Part shown: positions 1 through 9,449 of the stretch, one piece after another
How the letters are laid out: every line of letters starts with the position of its first letter
Numbering within the stretch: the first letter of the stretch is position 1
Origin: Treponemataceae bacterium
GTDB taxonomy: Bacteria; Spirochaetota; Spirochaetia; Treponematales; Rectinemataceae
Direction of reading: 5' to 3'
DNA: 64,000 bases
Assembly (NCBI GenBank): GCA_963677895.2
Contig: CAXXGJ010000017.1
Location: 128,001 to 192,000 of the forward strand
Program-made: the position numbers and the translations under genes
The notes under the pieces: generated by a model
What the model was told of the DNA's origin: nothing
The model's database searches: none
The model's input: only the letters and a program-made list of their open reading frames with translations

Positions 1-141
1 CGGCTCGTCGCTCCGGGCGTTCATCCATTCGCGGTATTCGTCGTCGCCCCGCGTCCTGAATATCTCGTCGGAGGCCGTGAGGTCGAAGAGAGCGCTCGAC
101 GAGACCGCGATGACGATCTTGCTTTCAATAGGATACGGCAT
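1..141 (-). CDS. 5'-nucleotidase (cN-I/PF06189-like), N-terminal part; gene runs off the left edge
   Basis: Manual translation from ATG at 141 gives MPYPIESKIVIAVSSSALFDLTASDEIFRTRGDDEYREWM..., matching the family N-terminus (xIAISSRALFDL). Not in the ORF track. Confidence 0.8.
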   Translation of the reverse strand, partial: MPYPIESKIVIAVSSSALFDLTASDEIFRTRGDDEYREWMNARSDEP

Positions 142-163
142 CAAGCGCTCTCCTTGGACTTGT

Positions 164-1117
164 TCACCTCTTGCCCGAATCGTAAATCTCGCCCGAAGCC
201 TTGGGGCCGACGGATTTTCCGGCGAAGATGATGAGGGCGACGATGGTCAGCACATAAGGAAGCATATAGAAAAATTCAATGGGTGTGCTGGCGAGGAAAC
301 TGATGTCCTTGGCATAGAAGGATAGAGCCGTGGAGAATCCGAAGAAAAGTCCCGCGCCCAAAACACCGAAGGGATTCCACTTGCCGAAGACCAGGGACGC
401 GAGGGCGATGAAGCCTGTTCCATGGATCGACACCAGTGTGTACTGGATATCGGCTGTCAGTACCATGATGCCGCCGGCAAGTCCGCCGAGGGCTCCCGAG
501 GCGAGGACACCGATATAGCGCATACGCTCTACATTGATGCCCATGCTCGCCGCCGCCTGTGGGTTCTCGCCGCAAGAACGCATCCTCAGACCGAAGCGCG
601 TCTTGTAGACGACGAACCATGTCAGGAGAACGATGACCATCGCGAGATAGAAGGTCGGATAGGTATTCTTGAAGAACATTCCGCCGATTACGGGAATTTG
701 AGAGAGTCCCGGGACTGTGAACTTCTGAATTCCGTTGGAGAAGGTTTTCGAGCGCTGCATATGAAAGATGATCTGACAGAGGTACACCGTCAGTCCGCCG
801 GCGAGGATGTTGAGGGCGGTTCCGGAAATAGTCTGATTCGCCTTGAGGTTGATGCTCGCGAAGGCGTGGAGGAGGCTAAAGAGCATGCCGGCCAGAAGCG
901 CCACGAGAAGGCCGATCCAGGGCGCCAGCGGCGTCGAACTTTCCAGGAGAACGGTGACCGTCGCCGCCGCGAAAGCGCCAATCATCATGATGCCCTCGAG
1001 AGCGATATTGACTATCCCTGATCGCTCGCTGAAGAGGCCGCCCAGCGCCGTGATGATGATGGGCGAGGCGAACATCATGGCTATCGGGAACATTTCCAGA
1101 ATTATCTTGAAGCTCAT
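164..1117 (-). CDS. Nucleoside/simple-sugar ABC transporter permease
   Basis: Hydrophobic; ERSGIVNIALEG and FGLRMRSCGENP motifs; co-oriented with a second permease, ATPase and BMP protein. Confidence 0.9.
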   Translation of the reverse strand: MSFKIILEMFPIAMMFASPIIITALGGLFSERSGIVNIALEGIMMIGAFAAATVTVLLESSTPLAPWIGLLVALLAGMLFSLLHAFASINLKANQTISGTALNILAGGLTVYLCQIIFHMQRSKTFSNGIQKFTVPGLSQIPVIGGMFFKNTYPTFYLAMVIVLLTWFVVYKTRFGLRMRSCGENPQAAASMGINVERMRYIGVLASGALGGLAGGIMVLTADIQYTLVSIHGTGFIALASLVFGKWNPFGVLGAGLFFGFSTALSFYAKDISFLASTPIEFFYMLPYVLTIVALIIFAGKSVGPKASGEIYDSGKR

Positions 1118-2211
1118 ACCCTGTCCCCCTCGGCGACAGCCTCATGTTTTTTTCGCGCGATCTTGTCGATGACCATTTTTATCCCGTACTGCATAGCGAC
1201 GAAGAGCACGATGGAGGCCTGGATTATGCCCGCGATCTCGCGCGGGATGCCCTGGACCTGCATGAGGGGCTGGGCTGATTTCAGAGCGCCGAATAGCATG
1301 CCCGCGAGCAGGATGCCGAGCGCCTCGTTGCCTCCTACCAGGGCCACGGCGATTCCGTCGAAGCCATAACCCTCGGCCGCCGAGATGACACGGCCGAAAT
1401 TGAAGGTGCCCGTCGTGATGATCGCTCCGGCCAGTCCCGCGAAGGCGCCCGCTATCATGAGCGAGGACACGATATTGCGGTTCACCTTCATGCCCGCGTA
1501 GCGCGCCGCTTCCTTGTTGAAGCCCACGGCCCTGAGCGAATATCCGAAGGTGGTCTTGTTGATGATGAAGGAGAAGAGTAGCACCGCCAGAAGCACGGGA
1601 ATGAAGCCCCAGTTGAGGCGGGAGCCTCTCGTGATGCTCTCCAGGAATGGCGATTCCAGGAGGGCGCTCTGCGGGAAGAAGGGCGTCTTCACCCTATCGG
1701 TCGAGCCAAAAACGTTGAGGATCATGAAATTGTTGAGGTAGAGGCCCACATAGTTGAGCATGATGGTGACGGTGACTTCGTGTACGTTGAATTTCGCCTT
1801 GAGAATGCCTGGTATGGCTCCCCACAGGGCGCCGGCCATGGCCGCCGAAAGAAGGATCACCGGAACATGGATGAAGGCCGGCGCCTTGATGTAGAGCGCG
1901 GCGGCGCTCGCCGCCATCGAGCCTATCATCAGCTGTCCTTCGGCGCCGATGCTGAAAAGCCCTGTGCGCGAGGCGAAGGCGAAGGACAGGCCGGTCAGGA
2001 TGATCGGCATCGACTGGACGATAAACTCGCCGATGTATCTTGTGTTGATCGGATTGCCGTTGACGATGTCGATGCCCGAGATTCCCTTTATGAGGGCGGT
2101 GAACATCGACAGCACCGACCGGCCGGTCAGCATCACGATTATGGAACCCAGAAGGAATCCCAGGAAAATTGCTATCAGCGGCAACACTAACTTTTCGCTG
2201 CGCTTGGTCAT
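1114..2211 (-). CDS. Nucleoside/simple-sugar ABC transporter permease
   Basis: GLFSIGAEGQ, EVTVTIMLNY and GFDGIAVAL motifs; ATGA overlaps with both neighbours. Confidence 0.9.
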   Translation of the reverse strand: MTKRSEKLVLPLIAIFLGFLLGSIIVMLTGRSVLSMFTALIKGISGIDIVNGNPINTRYIGEFIVQSMPIILTGLSFAFASRTGLFSIGAEGQLMIGSMAASAAALYIKAPAFIHVPVILLSAAMAGALWGAIPGILKAKFNVHEVTVTIMLNYVGLYLNNFMILNVFGSTDRVKTPFFPQSALLESPFLESITRGSRLNWGFIPVLLAVLLFSFIINKTTFGYSLRAVGFNKEAARYAGMKVNRNIVSSLMIAGAFAGLAGAIITTGTFNFGRVISAAEGYGFDGIAVALVGGNEALGILLAGMLFGALKSAQPLMQVQGIPREIAGIIQASIVLFVAMQYGIKMVIDKIARKKHEAVAEGDRV

Positions 2212-3764
2212 GCCTGCCCCCGAACCGCTTCTTTCTGCGAGCTATGCTCAGTTTTGCGCAATGAACCGGACATCATGAGTCCCAGCTCATTTTCATCGGC
2301 CGTCTTCGCGTCGACCGTTCCCACGATCTCGCCACGTGAGATGACGGCGATCCTGTCCGAAACGTCCATAATCTCGTCCAACTCCAGAGAGACGAGGAGA
2401 ACCGCCTTGCCCTTGTCACGCTCGGCCACGATCCGTTTGTGGATGTACTCGATCGCGCCCACGTCCAGGCCCCGCGTCGGCTGGGCGATCACGAACACAT
2501 CGGGAGAATGGTCGATCTCGCGAGCGACGATGGCCTTCTGCTGGTTGCCGCCCGACATCGAGCGGGCCGGCGTGTCGCCGCCCTCCCCCGATCGTACGTC
2601 GAATTCCTTTATAAGCCTGTCCGCGTTCAGCCGTATCGCCTTCTTGTCGAGGATGCCCCAATGCGCGAAGGGTTTTTCATGGTAATTGTGTAGGACGAAA
2701 TTCTCGCCGAGGCTGAAATCGAGGACGAGCCCGTGGAGCTGTCTGTCCTCGGGAATATGGCCGATGCCCAGATCGGTCTTCTGTTTTATTGAAAGGTGCG
2801 TTATGTCCTTATCATGTAGATAGATATGGCCAGATTCGACCTTCGCGAGGCCGGTGATGGCCTGCACGAGCTCTGTCTGGCCATTCCCGTCTATGCCGCA
2901 GATGCCGAGTATCTCGCCTCCGCGGAGTTCGAAGGACAGGTTCTTTACGCCGGGCAGGCCCCTATTGTTCCGCACGTTCAGGTTTTCGACCCTGAGGAAG
3001 ACATCGCCCGGTTTCGCGGCATCCTTGGCGACATGGAAGTTGACCTCGCGGCCGACCATCATCTCCGCCATCCGCTCTTCGCTCGTGTTCTCGACCTTCA
3101 CCGTATCGACGAGCCTGCCGCGCCTGAGGACGGTGCAGACGTCGGCGACTTCCTTGATTTCCTTCAGTTTGTGGCTGATTAGGATGATGGTCTTCCCCTC
3201 GTGGACGAGGCGGCGCATGATCTGCATCAGCTCCTTGATTTCCTGCGGGGTGAGCACCGCTGTCGGCTCGTCGAATATGAGGATGTCGGCGTCGCGGTAC
3301 AGCATTTTCAGGATTTCAACCCGCTGTTGCATGCCGACGGAGATGTCTTCGATTTTTGCCTTCGGGTCGACGGACAATCCATATAGTTTGGAAATGGACT
3401 CGACCTTGCTTTCGGCTTGCCTGATATCGACGATCGGTCCCCTGTGCGGTTCCATGCCGAGGATGATGTTTTCCGTAACCGTGAAATTGTGGACGAGCTT
3501 GAAGTGCTGATGGACCATTCCGATGCCCAGCTCCGTGGCGGCGTTCGGATCGTTGATAGTCACTTCCTTGCCATTTATCCGTATCGTGCCTGAATCAGGC
3601 CGGTAGAGTCCAAACAGGATACTCATCAACGTGGATTTTCCGGCGCCATTCTCCCCGAGAAGGGCATGAATGCTCCGCTCTTCCACCTGGAGAGTCACAT
3701 CGTCATTGGCTTTGATGCCGGGGAAATTCTTGGTGATATTAAGCATCTCGACGATATATCCCAC
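2208..3764 (-). CDS. ABC transporter ATP-binding protein with two NBDs (CUT2 type)
   Basis: Walker A GENGAGKST, LIFDEPT, SGGNQQK; GTG start at 3764 with GAGGGGG RBS. Confidence 0.92.
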   Translation of the reverse strand: MGYIVEMLNITKNFPGIKANDDVTLQVEERSIHALLGENGAGKSTLMSILFGLYRPDSGTIRINGKEVTINDPNAATELGIGMVHQHFKLVHNFTVTENIILGMEPHRGPIVDIRQAESKVESISKLYGLSVDPKAKIEDISVGMQQRVEILKMLYRDADILIFDEPTAVLTPQEIKELMQIMRRLVHEGKTIILISHKLKEIKEVADVCTVLRRGRLVDTVKVENTSEERMAEMMVGREVNFHVAKDAAKPGDVFLRVENLNVRNNRGLPGVKNLSFELRGGEILGICGIDGNGQTELVQAITGLAKVESGHIYLHDKDITHLSIKQKTDLGIGHIPEDRQLHGLVLDFSLGENFVLHNYHEKPFAHWGILDKKAIRLNADRLIKEFDVRSGEGGDTPARSMSGGNQQKAIVAREIDHSPDVFVIAQPTRGLDVGAIEYIHKRIVAERDKGKAVLLVSLELDEIMDVSDRIAVISRGEIVGTVDAKTADENELGLMMSGSLRKTEHSSQKEAVRGQA

Positions 3765-3862
3765 CGCTCGCCCCCTCGAAAAATTGTAATAGGGAATAAT
3801 AGCACAACAGCGTAATTCCTGACTATGAGCAAAATGGCCGGACGGAAAAATCCTCACGGAAC

Positions 3863-3901
3863 AAAAAAAGGGCTGGCCGAGAATCGCTTCTCGGCCAGCC
3901 C
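3863..3901 (-). terminator. Intrinsic terminator or stabilising hairpin between the BMP gene and the ATPase gene
   Basis: Perfect 14-bp stem GGGCTGGCCGAGAA/TTCTCGGCCAGCCC with a 4-nt loop, followed by T7 on the minus strand. Confidence 0.85.
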
Positions 3902-3943
3902 CAAAAGCCTGTCCGCTACCAGGCGCAGGCTTGCGAAAAATCC

Positions 3944-4999
3944 TTACTTTGCGGGAACTTCGGAAACCTTGAGGGCGCCGGAGGCAATCTTGGCTTCGAA
4001 TCCTTCCACCGCTTTGACGATATCGCTGGAAAGGTTGGGGTTCTTGTCGGGGAGGCCAACGCCCTGGTTGGCGACATTGAATACCAAGGTCTGTCCGCCG
4101 GGGAATTTTCCGGCCATCGTCAGCTTGCAGACTTCGTAGGCGGCTACGTCAACGCGTTTCATCATCGAGGTGAGAACCGCGGACTTGTTGCCGTAGAGAC
4201 CGTCGGCATACTGGTCTTTATCGACGCCGATGCCCCATTTCTCCTCGCCCTTCTGCTGGCGCTCCTTGGCTTCCTTGATCATGCCGTTGCCCGTTCCGCC
4301 CGCGGCGTGGAAGATTATGAAAGCGCCTTTGTTGAACTGTTTCTGGGCAATAGCCTGTCCCTTGTCGGGGGCGGCGAAATCGCCCGCGTAGTCGACGAGA
4401 ATCGTGAACTTTCCGCCATCGGCCACGAGTGACATATCGGCCTGGCGTTTCCAGGATTTGTATTCGGGAAGAGCGGCCTGAATTCCCTGCTCAAAACCGG
4501 CCTGGAATTTCTCGATGAGATAGAACTGCATTCCGCCAAGGAAACCGACGATGTTCTGTCCGGCCGCTTTGGCTTTGAGAGCCGTCGCCACGCCGACGAG
4601 GAAGGAACCTTCATGCTCGGCGAAGGAAGCGCTTACGACGTTTGGCTTCGGGACCGCGGAGTCGATGATGAGGAACTTGCGCGTGGGATAGTTGGTCGCC
4701 ACGTCGGTGATGGCTTTCTCGAAGAGGAATCCGGCCGCTATGACGATGTTGACGTTCTCATCGGCAAAAGCGGAGATATTCGGTACATAATCGGCTTCAG
4801 CCGATGACTGCAGGTACTTATAGTTGCTCTTCGGAAGTTTGTTGTCTTTAGCAAAGCGAAGGACGCCTTCCCATGTTCCCTGATTGAACGATTTATCATC
4901 GATGCCGCCGGTATCGGTGACGAAACCAATCTTGAACTGCGCGAAAGCGGGGGCTGCCACGAGAGCAGCAATGAGAAGCACAAACAATGCTTTTTTCAT
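3944..4999 (-). CDS. BMP family ABC substrate-binding protein (probably nucleoside-binding)
   Basis: GGIDDKSFNQ, AAGGTGNG, IGVDKDQ and LTSMMKRVD motifs; N-terminal signal peptide. Confidence 0.92.
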   Translation of the reverse strand: MKKALFVLLIAALVAAPAFAQFKIGFVTDTGGIDDKSFNQGTWEGVLRFAKDNKLPKSNYKYLQSSAEADYVPNISAFADENVNIVIAAGFLFEKAITDVATNYPTRKFLIIDSAVPKPNVVSASFAEHEGSFLVGVATALKAKAAGQNIVGFLGGMQFYLIEKFQAGFEQGIQAALPEYKSWKRQADMSLVADGGKFTILVDYAGDFAAPDKGQAIAQKQFNKGAFIIFHAAGGTGNGMIKEAKERQQKGEEKWGIGVDKDQYADGLYGNKSAVLTSMMKRVDVAAYEVCKLTMAGKFPGGQTLVFNVANQGVGLPDKNPNLSSDIVKAVEGFEAKIASGALKVSEVPAK

Positions 5000-5071
5000 G
5001 CAAAATCCTCCCTTTAAAAACTAAGGAACGCCTCATTTCCGGTCTCAAAGGCCGGAACAAAGCCCTTAACA

Positions 5072-5100
5072 ATAGTAAGGCTGGGAGCGGGGGTTGTCAA
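5072..5100 (-). promoter_or_regulatory. Sigma70-type promoter for the BMP/ABC operon
   Basis: TTGACA-N17-TACTAT on the minus strand. Confidence 0.65.
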
Positions 5101-5136
5101 CGATTTTTTCCTCAGCCCCCGCGTCAATGCCGGATT

Positions 5137-5808
5137 TCAGTAATCGTTTCCGGCGACGATGGAAACTCCCGCCGACGCGCCGATCCTGTCCGCTCCCGCG
5201 TTCAGCATGGCGATGGCGTCAGCCCTGGTCCTGATGCCTCCCGAGGCTTTTATCCTGAGCGCGTCGCCGACGGTCTTGCGCATCAGCACGACATCGTCGA
5301 TGGTGGCGCCCCCCGTGCCGAATCCCGTGCTCGTCTTGACGAAATCGGCGCCCGCGGCCAGAGCCGCCTGGCAGGCTTTCACTTTTTCATCCGCGTTGAG
5401 ATAGCAGGTTTCGATGATCACTTTCACGATGTCGGGTTTCGAGGCCTTCACCACCGCCCTGATGTCCTCTTCGACCGCCTTCCATTCACCGGCCTTGGCT
5501 TTGCCGATATTGATGACCATGTCTATTTCCAGGGCTCCCTGCTTGACGGCCAGGCTCGCCTCGGCAGTCTTAATCTCGGTCGCGTTAGCCCCGAGAGGAA
5601 AGCCGATGACAGTGCAGACGGGGACACCCGATCCGGCCAGTTCGGCGACGCAGAGCGGCACCCAGCCCGGGTTGACGCAGACGCTCGCGAAGCGGTGGGT
5701 TCTGGCTTCGGCGCAGAGTTCGCGTATCGACGTTTCGGTGGCGGTCGCCTTGAGCAGCGTATGATCGATGGTCGCCGCGATATCGGCTGAAGTCCATATC
5801 TTGTCCAT
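5137..5808 (-). CDS. deoC: Deoxyribose-phosphate aldolase
   Basis: [23 protein letters not shown] and KASGGIRT motifs. Confidence 0.96.
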   Translation of the reverse strand: MDKIWTSADIAATIDHTLLKATATETSIRELCAEARTHRFASVCVNPGWVPLCVAELAGSGVPVCTVIGFPLGANATEIKTAEASLAVKQGALEIDMVINIGKAKAGEWKAVEEDIRAVVKASKPDIVKVIIETCYLNADEKVKACQAALAAGADFVKTSTGFGTGGATIDDVVLMRKTVGDALRIKASGGIRTRADAIAMLNAGADRIGASAGVSIVAGNDY

Positions 5809-5835
5809 ATTCTTTCTCCTTTGGTGGTTTTTCCT

Positions 5836-6486
5836 TTAAATCTCGAATCTGCGCGCCAAGTATTCGCGCCTCGTCGCCACGAGCTCCTCGAGTTCCGCGA
5901 GCATGCGCGTATCGGCCAGCCTGGCGATCGGATAAACATGATTCTCTGTCTCGTTCGTGTAGCGCTGGACGAAGTTTATGTCGGTGACATAGCCAAGGCT
6001 TATCATATTGGAGATTCTGTCGGCCGATTTGAGCACCTTGGCGCGCATGGAACCGAAATCGCGGATCCTCGCGAGGAAATCGATCTTGTTCTCGATGGGG
6101 CGACGCGTCACTTCCAGCACGAGCCTGTAGACGCCCGCCGATTCGTCGTCTATGGAGAGGATGCTGTCCCTGTCGATCTCGGGCACGTCCTCGATGAGGT
6201 CGTGGATAAGCGATGCCTTGAGGAGCACGGAATCGATGTAGCCATAGTCCATCAGAATGGCCATCGTGTCGAGCTGATGCCTGAACATGTTGCCCCCGCT
6301 TCTTCTCAGCTTGCCGATGAGGCCGGTGGCGAGCTGGATATAGGGCGCGAGGTGCATGTTCTTGAGTCTGAGCATCGCGTCCTCATCCATGGGGACGCTT
6401 TCCGAACGCAGCGGGAGACTGGAATTCTGCATGCCGGGAAAATCCTGGGCATCAAACGGAATACCTGACCTCCCGTCCGAATTCAT
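5836..6486 (-). CDS. Stand-alone RelA/SpoT-type HD hydrolase (small alarmone hydrolase/Mesh1-like)
   Basis: RRSG...RH, IHDLIED (HDxxED) and LKSADRISN (cf. VKLADRLHN); no synthetase domain; ATGA overlap with valS stop. Confidence 0.7.
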   Translation of the reverse strand: MNSDGRSGIPFDAQDFPGMQNSSLPLRSESVPMDEDAMLRLKNMHLAPYIQLATGLIGKLRRSGGNMFRHQLDTMAILMDYGYIDSVLLKASLIHDLIEDVPEIDRDSILSIDDESAGVYRLVLEVTRRPIENKIDFLARIRDFGSMRAKVLKSADRISNMISLGYVTDINFVQRYTNETENHVYPIARLADTRMLAELEELVATRREYLARRFEI

Positions 6487-9149
6487 GAGAGCTCCTCGAC
6501 GTAATGCCGAAGTTTCGCCACTTTCGATTCGGCTTCGGCGCCCTTCGTCCTTTCCTGCGCGACGATATCGGCCGGGGCTGAAGCCACGAAGGCCGGATTG
6601 GCCAGCTTGGCCTGGACCTTGGCGGCGAAGGATGACTCCCTCTGGATATCCTTTTCAAGCTTAGCGATGAGCCTTTCCGAATCGACGACGTCCTTGACGT
6701 GGATATGGAGCTCGAATCCCTTGCCCACGAGGGCTACGGCGCCCAGCGGTTTCGGCGTGTCCGGGTCAAGGAAACGGGGCTCGGGGCCGTTGACGAGGAG
6801 GCCGATGAGGGCGGCGCCCTGTCTCATGAACTCCTGGCCGTCGAATCCGGTCTCGAGGCGGATATCGATGGGCATTTTCACTTCGGGCGGAATCTGGAAT
6901 TCGGAGCGCAGCGTGCGCCCGAGGGTGACGAGTTCGCGCAGGCTGTCGAAGCGCGCGGCCAGCTCGGGGTTGAGTCTCGAGCCGTCCCGCTTCGGCCAGG
7001 GCTGCGAAATCAGCCTTCCCTTGGCATTGGGCAGCATTCCGTAGATTTCCTCGGTGAGGAAGGGAAGGAAGGGATGAAGGAGCCTCAGGGATTCCTCGAG
7101 GACCATGAGGAGGACGGTGGTGGCCCTGTCCTTTTCGGCGTCGCCGCCGAATTTCGTGGAGAGCTTGGTGGCTTCGATGTACCAGTCGCAGAAGTCGTCC
7201 CAGAAATAGGAGTAGGCGGCCTGGGCGGCGTCGTTGAAGCGCCATGATTCGAGAGCCTGGGCGGTCTGGGAAGCCGCCTCGTCGAGACGGTGCAGGATCC
7301 ATTTGTCGGTGTCGGAGTAGGTCAGCGATTCGGGCGCGACGAACTCGCGTCCCTCCAGGTTCATGAGGATGTAGCGCGAGGCGTTCCAGACCTTGTTGGC
7401 GAATTTCGAGCCCATCTTGAAGCTGTCGCGGTCGAGGAGGATGTCCTGGCCGGCGGCGCAGTTGTAAGCGAGGGTGAACTTGAGGGCGTCGGCGCCGTAC
7501 TCGTCGACGATTTCGAGGGGATCGATGCCGTTGCCGAGGCTCTTGGACATCTTCCTGCCCTGTTTGTCACGGATGAGGCCGTGGATGAACACTTCGCTGA
7601 AGGGGGCCTTCTCGGTGAACTCCATGCCCGCCATGATCATGCGGGCCACCCAGAAGAAGATTATGTCGTAGCCGGTGACGAGGGCGCTCGTGGGGTAGAA
7701 GCGGCGCAGGTCGGCCGTGTCCTTGGGCCAGCCCAGGGTGCTGAAGGGCCATAGCCAGCTGGAGAACCAGGTGTCGAGGACGTCTTCGTCCTGCCAGATA
7801 TCGTCCGACCCGCACTGCTTGCAGTAGAGAGGATCCTCGCGCTCGACCATGACGGCGCCGCAGTGGCGGCAGTAGAAGGCGGGTATCCTGTGTCCCCACC
7901 AGAGCTGACGCGATATGCACCAGTCTCTGATGTTCTCCATCCAATGCTGGTAGGTATGCTCCCACTTTTTCGGAAAGAAGGTCACATCCCCGTCCCGCCA
8001 GGTCTTGAGCGCTTTTTCGGCGAGGGGTTTCATCCTGACGAACCACTGCTTGGAGAGATATGGCTCGATCGAGGTATGGCAGCGGTAGCAATGACCAACC
8101 GCGTGCGTGATTTTCTCCTCGGATTTGAGGAGGCCCAAAGCTTCGAGGTCCGCGAGCACCAGTTTCCTGGCCTCGGCTACCTTGAGATTGCGGTATTTTT
8201 CAGGGACTTTATTCGAGAGGGTCCCGTCGGGATTGAGGATATTGATGCGTTCGAGGCCGTGCCTATTTCCTACCTCGAAGTCGTTGGGATCGTGGGCGGG
8301 CGTTATCTTGACGAGGCCGGTACCGAAAGCTCTGTCCACGTAAGTGTCGGCGATGAGGGGGATGAGCCGGTCGGTCAGGGGGAGCTTAATCATTTTGCCG
8401 AGGAGGGCGCGATAGCGATCGTCTTCCGGATGAGCCGCGACGGCGGTATCGCCCAAGAGGGTTTCGGGCCTGGTCGTGGCTATCTCGATCCTGCCCGATG
8501 GGCATTCGGGACAGGGTCCGTCGGCCAGTTCGTACCAGATGTGCCACATGGCGCCGTTTTCGTCCTCATGCTCGACCTCATCGTCGGAAAGGGCCGTGCC
8601 GCAGCTCGTGCACCAATTGACGAGGTATTCGCCCTTGTAGAGGAGGTTGCGCTCGTACAGCGTGACGAAAACTTCCCGCACGGCTTTCGAAAGCCCTTCG
8701 TCCAGGGTGAAGCGTTCGCGCGACCAGTCGACGCTCGAGCCTATCTTGGCGAGCTGATTGTTGATGAAAGCCTTATGTTCCTTGGCTACCTTCCAGGTTT
8801 CCTCGACGAAGGCTTCGCGCCCCATGGCGCGCCTGTCCTTGCCTTCCTTGCGGAGCTTTTTCTCGACGACATTCTGCGTGGCAATGCCCGCGTGGTCAGT
8901 GCCCGGCACCCAGAGGGTCGGTCGGCCTGTCATGCGGCGGTAGCGGATCTGGATGTCCTGGAGGCTGTTGTCCAGGGCATGGCCAAGGTGGAGGACGCCG
9001 GTTACGTTGGGGGGAGGGATTACGATGGTGAAAGGCTTCTTGTTCTTGTCACCTTTGGGCAGGAAATGACCTTCGTCTTTCCACATGGCGTAAATCGAGT
9101 CTTCGAAACTCTTTGGATCGTAGGCCTTGGCCAGTTCGATCGCCTTCAT
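6483..9149 (-). CDS. valS: Valine--tRNA ligase
   Basis: PPPNVTGVLHLGH (HIGH), DWCISRQLWWGH, KMSKS; start MKAIELAK with GGAGGGG RBS. Confidence 0.98.
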   Translation of the reverse strand: MKAIELAKAYDPKSFEDSIYAMWKDEGHFLPKGDKNKKPFTIVIPPPNVTGVLHLGHALDNSLQDIQIRYRRMTGRPTLWVPGTDHAGIATQNVVEKKLRKEGKDRRAMGREAFVEETWKVAKEHKAFINNQLAKIGSSVDWSRERFTLDEGLSKAVREVFVTLYERNLLYKGEYLVNWCTSCGTALSDDEVEHEDENGAMWHIWYELADGPCPECPSGRIEIATTRPETLLGDTAVAAHPEDDRYRALLGKMIKLPLTDRLIPLIADTYVDRAFGTGLVKITPAHDPNDFEVGNRHGLERINILNPDGTLSNKVPEKYRNLKVAEARKLVLADLEALGLLKSEEKITHAVGHCYRCHTSIEPYLSKQWFVRMKPLAEKALKTWRDGDVTFFPKKWEHTYQHWMENIRDWCISRQLWWGHRIPAFYCRHCGAVMVEREDPLYCKQCGSDDIWQDEDVLDTWFSSWLWPFSTLGWPKDTADLRRFYPTSALVTGYDIIFFWVARMIMAGMEFTEKAPFSEVFIHGLIRDKQGRKMSKSLGNGIDPLEIVDEYGADALKFTLAYNCAAGQDILLDRDSFKMGSKFANKVWNASRYILMNLEGREFVAPESLTYSDTDKWILHRLDEAASQTAQALESWRFNDAAQAAYSYFWDDFCDWYIEATKLSTKFGGDAEKDRATTVLLMVLEESLRLLHPFLPFLTEEIYGMLPNAKGRLISQPWPKRDGSRLNPELAARFDSLRELVTLGRTLRSEFQIPPEVKMPIDIRLETGFDGQEFMRQGAALIGLLVNGPEPRFLDPDTPKPLGAVALVGKGFELHIHVKDVVDSERLIAKLEKDIQRESSFAAKVQAKLANPAFVASAPADIVAQERTKGAEAESKVAKLRHYVEELS

Positions 9150-9449
9150 GCATCCCCTCCGCGCTGTTGAAAAAGATAGATTCAATGAGCATAGCGAAAA
9201 AGATACTGGAATGGAAGGGGAGAGCTGATTCTGATCAACGGCTGGGCGTTGGGACGGTGGCGCGGCTGGGCGGCGGCCATGATGCCCGCGGTTGCCGCGG
9301 CCGCGATGCCCGAACCCCTCGGACGAATCCCCGCGGGCCTTCTTTTCACAAAGATGGAACTATACGATAATATTCGTAGGAAGAGTCGGCTTCCGTCGGC
9401 AGAATCCGGCCGAAGAGTCTTCCCCAACTATTCCGCGAGGTGGTTTTAC

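Noticed and set aside
7863..9170. 435-aa plus-strand ORF
   Set aside because: Antisense shadow of valS, typical of GC-rich codon usage; no motifs
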